In this document: positions 12,536 to 22,669 of the stretch, in pieces | How positions within the stretch are numbered: the first letter of the stretch is position 1 | How the letters are laid out: the number at the start of each line of letters is the position of its first letter | Origin: Amoebophrya sp. A120 | Taxonomy: Eukaryota; Protista; Dinoflagellata | Length of the DNA: 64,000 nucleotides | Direction: 5' to 3' | NCBI GenBank assembly: GCA_905178155.1 | Contig: CAJINV010000003.1 | Span: forward strand, 3,317,600-3,381,599 | The notes under the pieces: model-generated | The model's database searches: none | Seen by the model: only the letters and a program-made list of their open reading frames with translations | What the model was told of the DNA's origin: nothing | Translations under genes and position numbers: made by a program

Positions 12536-15293
12536 CTCTCACTGCCGCGGTGCTAGTTTGTCCCCCCATAGACAAACTGGTGACAGCCTCCAAGCCGGTG
12601 GAAGCGAGACTCAGGACATCAAGAAACGGCTTGTCAACCCACTGTCCAATTACCCCATACTCTTCCACTGCTTTTTTTTCACGAGCTAACAACGCGTCCC
12701 CCGCCTTTTCGGGGTTCGCGAGATTAACAATAATGCTCACAACAGAGTCGGCCACCCACGATGCAGCGCCACCTCCGATATCCGAGACTTGGCCCACCGG
12801 GGCCGCGAGGTCCCGCACGTACTCTCCTAGGCCGCTAAAGATAGCCGTTCCAATCTTGCTAGCCGGGATGACTCTGTCCACCAGTTGTGCGAGCACCATC
12901 CCCATGACCCTCTCGAACCACAGGGGGGCGATGATTCCGCTCCCGGGCCCGCTGGACGGGGGCTCTACCGGGATGCACCGCGGCTCGGGTGCGCCATCGT
13001 CGCGATCATCGGTCTGCTGCAGGTCTTGTAGTAAAGTCTTGATGGGTTCCCTCAGGGCCGATCTCGCGACGCAGTCTGCTTGGCGTGAGAGACTCTGCAT
13101 GATAGAAACCCTGTCGCCAAAAAATGCACGGAAAATGGCAGGCAGGGCAGGAATTTGTAGGGATTCCAGCAGGTCGGGAACCTGCGAAATTAGCTGCTCG
13201 ACTTCTAGCGCCACCATGTTGCTGAGCTCCTCGGCGCAAAGTATCCGCTTCGTCCCGCCCAGAGCCTCCTGTCGGAGCTTGTTCTCGAACAAGTAGCGGA
13301 CTGGCCTTCGTATTTTCCTTCCGACCAGTTCCGAAAATATGTTCGGAAGGCGATCCGCTAGCACCATGGGGGCACGGAGAAGTCCTTGCACAAACCCTGT
13401 TATGTCGCCTGCAGTGTTCATCACGTCTTGTGCAATGGCTTCGGCGCTCTTCTTGTCGGTGGTGCTGGTGGCGGAGCTTACAGCGGTCCGCATGATATCG
13501 CCCGCCCTTTTCATCGCGTTCGCCAGCTGTGCGTCGGCCTGGTGTTCACGGCTGCCGCCTTTTTTTCTGGGCAAGAGCTTTCGCCAAACGCTTCTCTCAT
13601 GCGGAAGCCATATCTTGCCGCGTGATGCGCTAGCCCTGGCTTTGCTGTTCTCGGTGTCGCAGCCAAGAAGGTCTTTGATGAATATGAACGCGGGGGCGAC
13701 TTTCTCCTCATACTCGAGCGATCGAATGTACCTCATGCCACGTGCCCGTACGTCTACGTCTGCCAGCCTCTTCTCCTCGTCTGCCTGCTCCTCCTTCTCG
13801 ATGATGAAATCACGACCAAAGAAAACAGGGCGACAATCGCGAGCAGTGCACGTCGACGGAGTGATTTCGTTCTTCTCGTTGTACCGGTGTAAAACTTCCT
13901 CGGAGCATTGCGTTTCTGTGGTCGCGGCCCAACCTGCTGGCGAAAAACCGGCCAGTTGGTCTTGCAGTAGCTTGATGACACCCACATCCCCTTGGCCTTT
14001 TTCACTCCCGTCCTTGTTGGCATCTTGTGCGAGAAGCTTTAGCAAATCGCGGAGCAAATTGGGCCCGCCGGCGCCGTCCTCGTCTAGCAGATTCTCCATG
14101 ACGCTCGCCGCCTTGTTGCGCTCGTCCGGCTTCCGCTTCACCGGGAAGGTCAGCGGCGGCCCACCAAAACGCGTTGGGCCAACTTTCCCCGATGCCACAT
14201 ATGTGAAGTAGAGGAAGACATCCTCCACGGGCACGGCTTTTTGAAGGTGCTCCTCCGGCTGCGGCTTCACCTTGGACTGCTCCAAGATTCTACTCCGGCT
14301 TCTGTCTTTGGCTGGGGGACTCGTCTTGGAGCTCGCCAAGCCAGCGCGCGTAAACCCGACCTTTTCATCCCCGAAGAAGATCTTGCGCGCATGCGCGACG
14401 CCCTCACTACTTAAGTCGGGAGGGAACTTGCACTGCTTTGCTGCGACCTTGAGAAAGTCGCACTGTTGGCAATCCTCTTGCCCCGCAGCATGGTCCCCCT
14501 GGAGTTCCGTTAGCGACACCCGGCTTTGTTCGCGGCCCCCGTGAAGCTCCTTCTGGGCATCCCTTTTGCTGGCGCCGTCGTTAATGGCCCCGCTATTCTT
14601 TACCATTTGCGCTAGTTTCTGCTGCTGTTCATCCAGAGCCTTGCCAGCGGAAGTGCCGGAGCGAAGCCGCACGGTCGAAACACTCGACGCCTTTGCTGTA
14701 GCCGAAGCTCCGCTCCTCCTGTCCAGACTTTCGGTAGCCGGGGATGGTCGTGGTGGCGACGCGTCATCTGCAGTAGTGTCCGACAATTTCTCGTCTGTCC
14801 TCTGTGCCGCGTGATTTTTGGCTGCTGTAGCTGCTGCTCCCAATGCGTTTTCTGCTGCAAAGGCTCTGGCTTCTTCGGTCAATTCATCCTCGGCGGGACG
14901 TTGCCGCCTGCTGGGCTTTGCAGTAGCGGCCGCTGGACGAGCAAAAGCAGCGGTGGAGGTTGTAGACGAATCGTCGCTGTTCGGGTCGTTGGAAAGGGAG
15001 GGCATGTGTCGGGGACCGGCTTGCGAAGTTGCTTCCTCTTGCTGTTTCTTGGGGCGAGCAACGGTCTCGGTCGTAGTTCCCACAGATTCACGCCCACCCG
15101 CTCCGTTATCGCTTTTTCCTTGCGAATCTATCAGCCACGAGAACCACTCGCCGGAGTTCGCAGTCCTGGAGGAAGACGACGAGGAACTGAAACTCATTCC
15201 CCTCTCAAACCCGTAGGCTTCGCCGTTCGCGCGGTTTATGGCAACCACCACAGCCGCACCTCCGAGGATAACGAAGGGACACACTTGGCCCAT
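12453..15293 (-). CDS. Hypothetical intronless protein with signal-peptide-like N-terminus (3' part of the 1917-aa ORF)
   Basis: ATG at 15293 gives MGQVCPFVILGGAAVVVAINRANG, then an S/T/A-rich region and a helical globular region. The C-terminus runs into the repeat block at ~12535. Confidence 0.5.
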   Translation of the reverse strand: MGQVCPFVILGGAAVVVAINRANGEAYGFERGMSFSSSSSSSRTANSGEWFSWLIDSQGKSDNGAGGRESVGTTTETVARPKKQQEEATSQAGPRHMPSLSNDPNSDDSSTTSTAAFARPAAATAKPSRRQRPAEDELTEEARAFAAENALGAAATAAKNHAAQRTDEKLSDTTADDASPPRPSPATESLDRRSGASATAKASSVSTVRLRSGTSAGKALDEQQQKLAQMVKNSGAINDGASKRDAQKELHGGREQSRVSLTELQGDHAAGQEDCQQCDFLKVAAKQCKFPPDLSSEGVAHARKIFFGDEKVGFTRAGLASSKTSPPAKDRSRSRILEQSKVKPQPEEHLQKAVPVEDVFLYFTYVASGKVGPTRFGGPPLTFPVKRKPDERNKAASVMENLLDEDGAGGPNLLRDLLKLLAQDANKDGSEKGQGDVGVIKLLQDQLAGFSPAGWAATTETQCSEEVLHRYNEKNEITPSTCTARDCRPVFFGRDFIIEKEEQADEEKRLADVDVRARGMRYIRSLEYEEKVAPAFIFIKDLLGCDTENSKARASASRGKIWLPHERSVWRKLLPRKKGGSREHQADAQLANAMKRAGDIMRTAVSSATSTTDKKSAEAIAQDVMNTAGDITGFVQGLLRAPMVLADRLPNIFSELVGRKIRRPVRYLFENKLRQEALGGTKRILCAEELSNMVALEVEQLISQVPDLLESLQIPALPAIFRAFFGDRVSIMQSLSRQADCVARSALREPIKTLLQDLQQTDDRDDGAPEPRCIPVEPPSSGPGSGIIAPLWFERVMGMVLAQLVDRVIPASKIGTAIFSGLGEYVRDLAAPVGQVSDIGGGAASWVADSVVSIIVNLANPEKAGDALLAREKKAVEEYGVIGQWVDKPFLDVLSLASTGLEAVTSLSMGGQTSTAAVRAAFFYCPHIRGEGLPTYSRGGLGFADL

Positions 15294-18200
15294 GCGGCAA
15301 ACCCAACTACCTATGTTGGGCTGTGTTTTTGGTAGTCGTTTCGTGCTTGTGAAAAAAATGATCGCGCCCGCAATGAGCAACAGAACTAGCTGAATGCCTG
15401 GCGGGGATGGAGGATGCGCGATCCCAAAGATGGCGAGCGATTTCTCGCCGGCTGTCGACTCGTGGGAGATCAACGGCTTTCTCCCGCCGGCTGTCGACTC
15501 GTGGGAGATCGATCGACCATCCGACGCCTGCCGCAAGAACGGCGTTGTGGGCCGGCTTTCGCCTCCGGAAAGAAGCGCAGCTGCTGCGCCGTTCCTATTC
15601 TCGTTGCCGGAGTCCGCCGTGGAGAACTCGATGTCCTGGATCTTGCACGGAATCTCCACCAAGTCTGCGGATACCTTCTCCACCGGCTGGAAGTGCACTA
15701 CGATCTTTTTCTTCGATCCCGGGGGCACGTGACCGCAGGACGGAACAAACTTCAAATTCGGAGTACTGGAGCTTTCGGCCGCCTCGGCGGACAACGCGAA
15801 CGGCGCAGGTAGTGTCTCGGGAAACTCGAGCTGCGCCGTTTTCTTGCTCCCGTTTTTGAGGTAGATAATCTGCTGCTTGCGGCTACCCACCGGAAGTTGT
15901 CCGATCCCGAGCTCATCCGGGGGCGCGGGTGGCCGCACCCCGGCCTGACGACCGCCGTCTTTCAACGGATATGGTGGGTCAAAGGGTGAAATTTCTGGCG
16001 ACAAATCCAAGTCCAAAAGCTCGTCGTCGCGGCCGGACTGGTTCATTAGGTCCCAACACACCTCTTGCACGTAGCCCTCGCCCTTCAATGCAAGCGTCAA
16101 GTCTTCGAATGGGTTGTGGATTGTGAACACCCGGAACTTCTGCAAGAAGTAGGGGAGCTGTACGCCGTCATCCGGCAGGCTGATGTCACACGGGTGGAAC
16201 TTTGTCGTGAACTGGTAGTGCTTGCCCGGCTCCAGATTTATCGTGCGCGGACAGATCACGGAGAAGGGCGGAATAGTGTCAGTGACTGCGATGCCTTCCT
16301 CGTCCAGGATCTCGCAGCGTGCCGTCGCGGGTATGATCCCGTCATTCTGCTGCAGGCGGAACCGAATTTGATGCTCGCGACCGAGCTGCAGCTTGCCAAA
16401 ATCAAACTGTTCGTCTGTTAAAGCGCGCATCTCGAACGTCAAGTAGTTGCTTCGGTGGTCTGTTCCAGTTCCTTTGGTGAACTTCGCCTCGAATATTACG
16501 TAATACGTCTGCAACTGCGGTGGGGTGAGCGACACGGTGACGTACCAGTGCTCGTGCGGCGGAATGACCAGCTGCGCGGGATGGATTTCAAATGGAAAGT
16601 CCTTTTCGCCTGCCGCGGATCGCGGTTTCACGCTGATATTGACCTCACATGGAATTCCGCGCGGATTCGTGATTCGCAGCCGCTCCTTCTGCGGTTCTGC
16701 CCCGCCGGCGAGACAGGGACCGAAGCTGAAGACCTGATCCTCCTCCGCGTAGCAGCGGATATCCACCCGACCGGCGGTGGCAAAGGCGTCCTCGAGGTTG
16801 CGCGCGACGTACTGCTCTTCGACGAGGGAATCTCGAATCGAAAAATTGTGCTTCGACAGCTTGTACGCCTCGTCGCGGTCGAAATCACGAACGATCTGCG
16901 GCGAATACACAATTTGCCGCATCGAGGGCTGCGGCAGCCTCGGGTCCTCGGGCACGCGTGGTGCGGGCATCATGTCCTCGTGGTCCAGCAGCGCAGCCCG
17001 ACTCTCCTTGTCGTACGGAAGCGGGTACACCGAAACCAGGTGGAAGTGCTGAAACTCCATGTTTAACAACACGGAATGCTGGCTGTGCGTGGGCGAGCTG
17101 CCGTTGCTGGATTCCGCTCCTTGGGACTTGTTCCTAGCCTTCGCGCCCGCTTTCGTGGCGTGCCTCTTCTGCTGCTCGGGCGCCAGCTTCTGGAACTCGG
17201 CGTGCTTCACGGCGTTGACTGGATGGATCGTGTCCGCAATCAGCTGCCTGTGGAAGTCGAAGCACTTGGGATTCGCGGGCACATTGATCTTGTTCTTCAA
17301 AATCTCCAGCTCCGCCTTGCCGGCTTCCAGCCGCTGCTGCAGCACCGCCAGATCGCCTTCGTCCCCGTGATCTTCATCCGCCAAGCTGGTCTGCACTTTC
17401 GTTTCCAGAGCCGTCATTTCGGCCTGCAAACTCTCCGCGTCCTTCTCGATCTCGACCTGCCGCGAGTCTAAAAACGCGTGGAAATCGGTCTCAAACACCT
17501 CAATGTGCTTCGCCTCCTTCGCTTCCTCGTCCAGCTCCTGGTCGGCGACCTTGTTTTGAACATCCGCCCCGCCCGCGGCACCCGCAACATCTCCTGGGTT
17601 GTTGTCTGCTTCGTTTCCCGACATGCCTCCGGTGTCCTGCTTGGGAGAGCGGTGGCTCGGTTCCATCAGGAAAAACCGAACCCGCTCGTCGAGGAGGAAC
17701 ATCACCTGCAAAGCGCTCTCCGGAGTGAGGTATTCGATGGACGCGTCGAAGCAGTCGAGGATGAAGCCGGTGTTGAAGTCGCACAGCGCGAGCCGCTTCT
17801 TGACGATCTCTGCAACCACTTCCGGGTCCAGGTCGTAGATCGGGAGCGCAGCCGCGACGTCGTCGTCGGCGGGGGGTTTGATGTCGTGCGACAGGAGGAT
17901 GCTCTTGTGCGCGATCTGCGCCTGGTACTCCGCTTTCGCCGCGGGATCCGTCTGCCACAGTTGCTCCCGCTCCGTCATCGTGGCCCGCACCTTGTCCACG
18001 AACTCCTCGTCCAGCAGGCCCTTCGCGCTGCTCGACACCGCCCAGTCCACGCACTCGTCGTTGGAGAGAAAGCCCCGCTGGTTGACCGCCGCGCGAATCT
18101 GGTTGGCCCACTTCGTGTATGAGAGTGCACAACTCCTTCTCCCCCTCATTTGCATGGAATGAATAGCAATACAAACACCAGCAGACGTGGAGCCAGTGCA

Positions 18201-19689
18201 TGACAAGTTCCTGACTAGTGTAGTACTGTTTCAGCTTCCGTACTTTGTCAACATGCAAACCGTGCCACAAGGAACCAACTGGAATTGGGATTTTGCATGA
18301 CAAATGAGGAAGAGGGGGAGTTATGCATACTGATATCGTGCGCCCGGAGCGCTGCGGCCCGTGGATCACCACGTTCTCGCGGAACTTCTGCGGCACCCGG
18401 TTCGGGAACTTGTCCTCCTCCAGACCCAGATCCAGCATGGCCGAAACCTTGTAGTCGTGCTCCGTCTTGATCACAGGCTTCTGGCACATCAGCGGCTTGA
18501 TGTTTTTCGGGTCCTCCCAAAGCCACCCCCCCCCCCCACAGCCACAGGTAGTAGTCGTTCTGCTCCTCCATGGTGGAAATTTCGTCCGGGAACCACGCCC
18601 ACGGGAGCTTGTCCGGTTCCTCCTCGAGCTCCTCCGGGTCCAAATTCTCTCCTTCAAGAACAGCCACTCGCTGTGCCAGAATTCCTGCACCTTCGTCAGG
18701 AACTGCTTCTGCAGCTCCGCGATGGCGATCTCCTTCTTGCCGCCCGTCGTGTTCATGGCGTTCGTGTCGTTGTCCTGCTTCTTCTGCAGCAGCTCGTCGT
18801 CGTGCTCCTGCTTCCGGGCCAATCGGGCGTCCTGGTGCTCTTTTCGCTTCTGCTCCTGGTTCCACGTGTCGATCACGTCGGGCCACGTCACCGACATGTC
18901 GGACCGCAACGAAAACTCGGAGTACTTGTAGAGCGGGTCGTGCTCGTAGATCTCCAGCATCTGCTCCTCAAGCCGGTACTGCTTGTCAAAGTCGGTGCTG
19001 TGGACCGTGATGGGGTAATCGTTGGGGTTTTCCAGGTAGATGCCGCGCAAACCTCGCGACGGAGTAACAGGCAAAGTGCATGTGCGAGCGTTGAAACGTC
19101 TGGCGGCCCAGCTGCAAGTGCGGTATAGGTATAGCAGTCGTCTATACGAGTATCGGGCCGACTGTCGGTGCTTCTTCTTCTGCATTTCACGCTTCCGCGC
19201 AACAAGCTTCCACTCGAGGCCACTGAGCGGCACATTGGAAGGAAGGTGGAAATCGTATACATCACCGAGGACGATAGTTCTGCTTCTGTCGCGTACAGCT
19301 TGGTGTTGGCGGGTTGTCGCGACGTCTGGACGCCCCCGGCTGTCTCGCCAAGTGTACGCATCCACACACGCGAAGAGGTCAACGGGATGGTGGTGGACAC
19401 AAGATAGATGTACTGCCAGAGTTGCGATGACGCACCAAAGTGCGGTGTCGCGCTCACGCTTCCACAATTTCGATGCAGACCTTTGACCGGAGAGGGCTGC
19501 ATGGATAGCGCGTCGGGGAGCACGGTAGGAATTTCCCATGCAGAGCCCCCGCCATCTGCAGTGAAGAAAAACCTTGGCCGAGCTCCACCAAGAAAAGAAT
19601 CTCATCGTCATCTGCCAAATCACCCAGCTGCAGGGACGAGGAAGAAGAAAATCCACTTCTGGACCATCTTCGAATTGCAAGGCGGACAC
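15294..19689 (-). CDS. HYDIN: HYDIN-like central-pair protein fragment (P-loop/adenylate-kinase-like region plus ASH/Ig domains), interrupted by an introner
   Basis: ENPNDYPITVHSTDFDKQYRLEEQML, VVIHGPQRSGRTKWA (after introner removal), IVKKRLALCDFNTGFILD, FSFGPCLAG, NPFEDLTLALKGEGY, FVPSCGHVPPGSKKKIVVHF resemble HYDIN blocks. Only part of a full-length HYDIN is present. Confidence 0.7.
15441..15510. repeat. 39-bp-period tandem duplication at the HYDIN/unknown-protein junction
   Basis: cgccggctgtcgactcgtgggagatc occurs twice (ISHESTAG x2). Confidence 0.8.
18118..18335. mobile_element. Introner/MITE family A (218 bp) in HYDIN-like gene
   Basis: TSD tcgtg both sides. TIR tatgagagtgcacaactccttctccccctcatttg ... 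caaatgaggaagagggggagttatgcatactgata. Removal restores GPQRSGRT-KWANQI. Confidence 0.92.
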
Positions 19690-20533
19690 GAAGAGGACCT
19701 CATGGTCTTTCCCCGCCCGTAACTGGCGAGGCGCTGCTGCTTAAGGCAGCAATCAATATGGCTACGGTTGGAAAGCAGCCGTCTGATGATTGGGGTCTTG
19801 TTCTTACTTTCTCACGCTTGTACTTGTAGTAGGAGACGACGGTGGATTGATGATGAATGTTGCTAGGTGGAGGCTGGCAAGCTGCTTGCGGCTTTTCACA
19901 CCTCCTGTTCGCATACAGAAGATGTTGATTTCGGCAGTAGTTTCGGAAACAATGACAAAGCGCTTTTCTTTCGCACACACGACCTCAACCACTCGGTCAC
20001 TTCGCCTGAAGCCCCATGCAGAGACAAGGTGTTTCATAAAATCAGTCGACATCTACGTGCGCTCTTGTTCTCTCCTTTCCACTACAATGCATTGCCAAAT
20101 GACGGAGCAGGCGCAATCCAACTCTCGCATGCCGGAGAACACATTAAGTAACATTGACTCCAGAAATCGTCCTTATTAAAAACACTCAAGCGGAACATGA
20201 GGATGAGAATGAGTTGCTGTCGAAGTGGCATGCTACCTCACCAAGTCTGTTTGGGTTCACACACGCGAGGTATGCCCGGGCAAGTTGGTGGAAGATCACT
20301 TGAACAAGAAGGTCATAAGGGCACAAGTTCAGCACTACGCGCATAATAGACGGTACATTCCCACCTGGGTTCGCAGAAAAATTATATTATCAAAATCAAA
20401 CGATTCCGGATCGTTACATATGAAAACACACAGGTAGCATGGATTGAAACCTAAGAAAGATCGCGATGGCATATGAAGATGTGTAAAGACAAATGTGACA
20501 TTTTAGTTTTACTTCAATCAGTCTTAGATAAAA

Positions 20534-22186
20534 TTATTCCGCGCGAAGGGACGCTCGAGTGCCGGACTGGCAGCCTTCCATGAAGCCAACGCGGATGCTT
20601 TGCACGGCACCAAGAACTTGCTCGGTGGGCACGCTCTCGGCTGCGTGAACCGTCTGTGCCCGAACTTGCGCGAACCTTTCCGGATCGTAGACCTGTGAGA
20701 TGCATTTGTTGTGCTTTTCCATCTCCTGAAACAAATTTTGGGTCAATGCTACGCGAGAGGCAATCGCTCGGCTCTACGATTACGAAAGAGTAACTCATAT
20801 ATATGAAGTGCAGAGAAACTGTGTTGCTAATACCGCCACGCCTGCTGTGCCGACCACCGCTAGGATGATGAGGAAGATGAGCCACCAGATCATCCCGTAC
20901 AGCAGCGGGACAAGGAAGTAGGAACCGAGGATCAACAAAACGACGTCCAAGTGCAGGTGCTTGTCTTCTGGGACACCCATTTGCGAGTACTTATCGCGGC
21001 GCTTGTACATCACCACCGTGTAAGCGTGGCCGAGCATCTGGCCCTGGTTTCGCAACATCGTTTCTGCCATTTTGAGGAATTGGTTTTTTGTGTTTGTGAA
21101 TGCAATGCAGCGAATGATATGATACACGAGGTAATGAGAATGCAGGTATGTTCGACGGTAAGTTCGGTTATCGTTGTACTTATGTCACACAAAAAGAAAC
21201 AAGAGCGACGAGGTTGTGCGTGGAAGGTTTTTCCGACACTGGAACCTGCGCTGAGAATTGGAATTTGGTAGCGACATCGCCGACAATTTTGAGAATCCGG
21301 ATGATGAATGAACTCACCGATTTCAAAATGAATCGCGATGTTTTATTCACCTGCCTAAGTGCCGATGCTGTCATATGTGACATTCACATTTGTCTATAAC
21401 ACTTTTTCACCGATGATGCAGTTATTATGTGTCCTTGACCGACTTAGCTGGCTGGTGACTGTGAGGGATGCGCACCACGAATGGCTTCGGTCACGGACCG
21501 AGAACTATGGACCGATATTGCACGATACATTTCTGATGTATGTACTCCTGCCGAGTAATTGACGTCCGGTACAGCGAACAAGGTACTACATCGCGGTAGA
21601 TTTTTTCCACTCAAAAAATGTCCCAATACTGGCTATTGCTTCAAGTAGACACACACTCTCTTGCAAGTAGCACGGTTCCTACATTTCGATTTTTTTCACG
21701 TCCTTCTTTTCAACAGGTCGAAGAGTGGGATGGAGTGCTTGTCTCGAAATGCCATGTATCGAAAGAAAAAAGTTTGTCGCGATCACTCATGGGCATTTTT
21801 GCAATACAAAAAATGCCTGTCATGCGCAAAAATGCATCACAGCCAAACTTCATAAGGGATTTCCCTTGTGTTTCTGCAATGCAAGGAAAAGCTGTGATGC
21901 TAAAAAAATTTGTAATGCAAAACTTCCAAGGTAGTGACTGTGACAAACTTTTTTCTCTCCATACCATGTACAGGAAGGGCACTATCACCCCTGCACCCAC
22001 TATGAGCACGCCCAGGAGCCATCCTCCGTAGTGAAGCCGCGGCGTCAACAACGCTTTTTCGTAATCCATTTGCTCCGCGACCGTGTGATTGGAGGAAAAA
22101 TCATACGCCGTGCGCCCGTGTGTTGCGTTTAGGCCTCGTCGGCGACATTGATTTTGTTGTAAAAAAAGCAAGAACGCACGACACCT
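20534..22186 (-). CDS. Multi-exon hypothetical membrane protein(s); structure not resolved
   Basis: Coding-like blocks with TM segments (GWLLGVLIVGAGVIVPFLYM; VVLLILGSYFLVPLLYGMIWWLIFLIILAVVG) and a terminal block TQNLFQEMEK...RAE*. Internal exon joins are uncertain. Confidence 0.4.
21757..21963. mobile_element. Introner/MITE (207 bp)
   Basis: TSD ccatg. TIR tatcgaaagaaaaaagtttgtcgcgatcact ... agtgactgtgacaaacttttttctctccata. Removal gives PFLYM-AFRDKHSIPLFDLL. Confidence 0.85.
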
Positions 22187-22669
22187 GTAGGAGACTTCAG
22201 AGTACTATGATGAGTAAGCTAAGATTAGGGTCACTCTCACTTCCAGGTAGACTCACTATCGGAGTTTTCGTGTGATGACCATAGAGACCAAGAAGGATCC
22301 AGATTGGTTTCCTACCATATTGCGCCACCAGTGCAGCCGCCAAGAGCAGAGAAATCGTTCTTCGTTCATACTAACTCCATCTTCGACAATTCTTCTCAAT
22401 ACGCTGAGCTTGTACGTAGCGCGATCGAGTGCATGAGCAAGAACTTACGGACAGAAATATTTTGTAGTTGAACACAAGCGCCTCCGCCGCACTTCGTCTT
22501 GCAATGTGAAGATGCCTCAGTATTGTGATGATTTCCAAGCGGTGGTCCAGCTACCAGCTAAATCTTTCCGTAGTGGAATGATCGTTTCGGAAGTGTCAGG
22601 AAGTTTGTTCAACGAAAACACACAGATTGCGAGTGGCTCGAAATAGCACATCAAGAGCACTTACTTACA

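Noticed and set aside
17500-18335. C-terminal part of the 729-aa ORF and N-terminus of the 1917-aa ORF as real protein
   Set aside because: Both are read-through into or out of the introner at 18118-18335. Recurrent peptides such as HNSPSPSFVMQNP and MHWLHVC are element translations.
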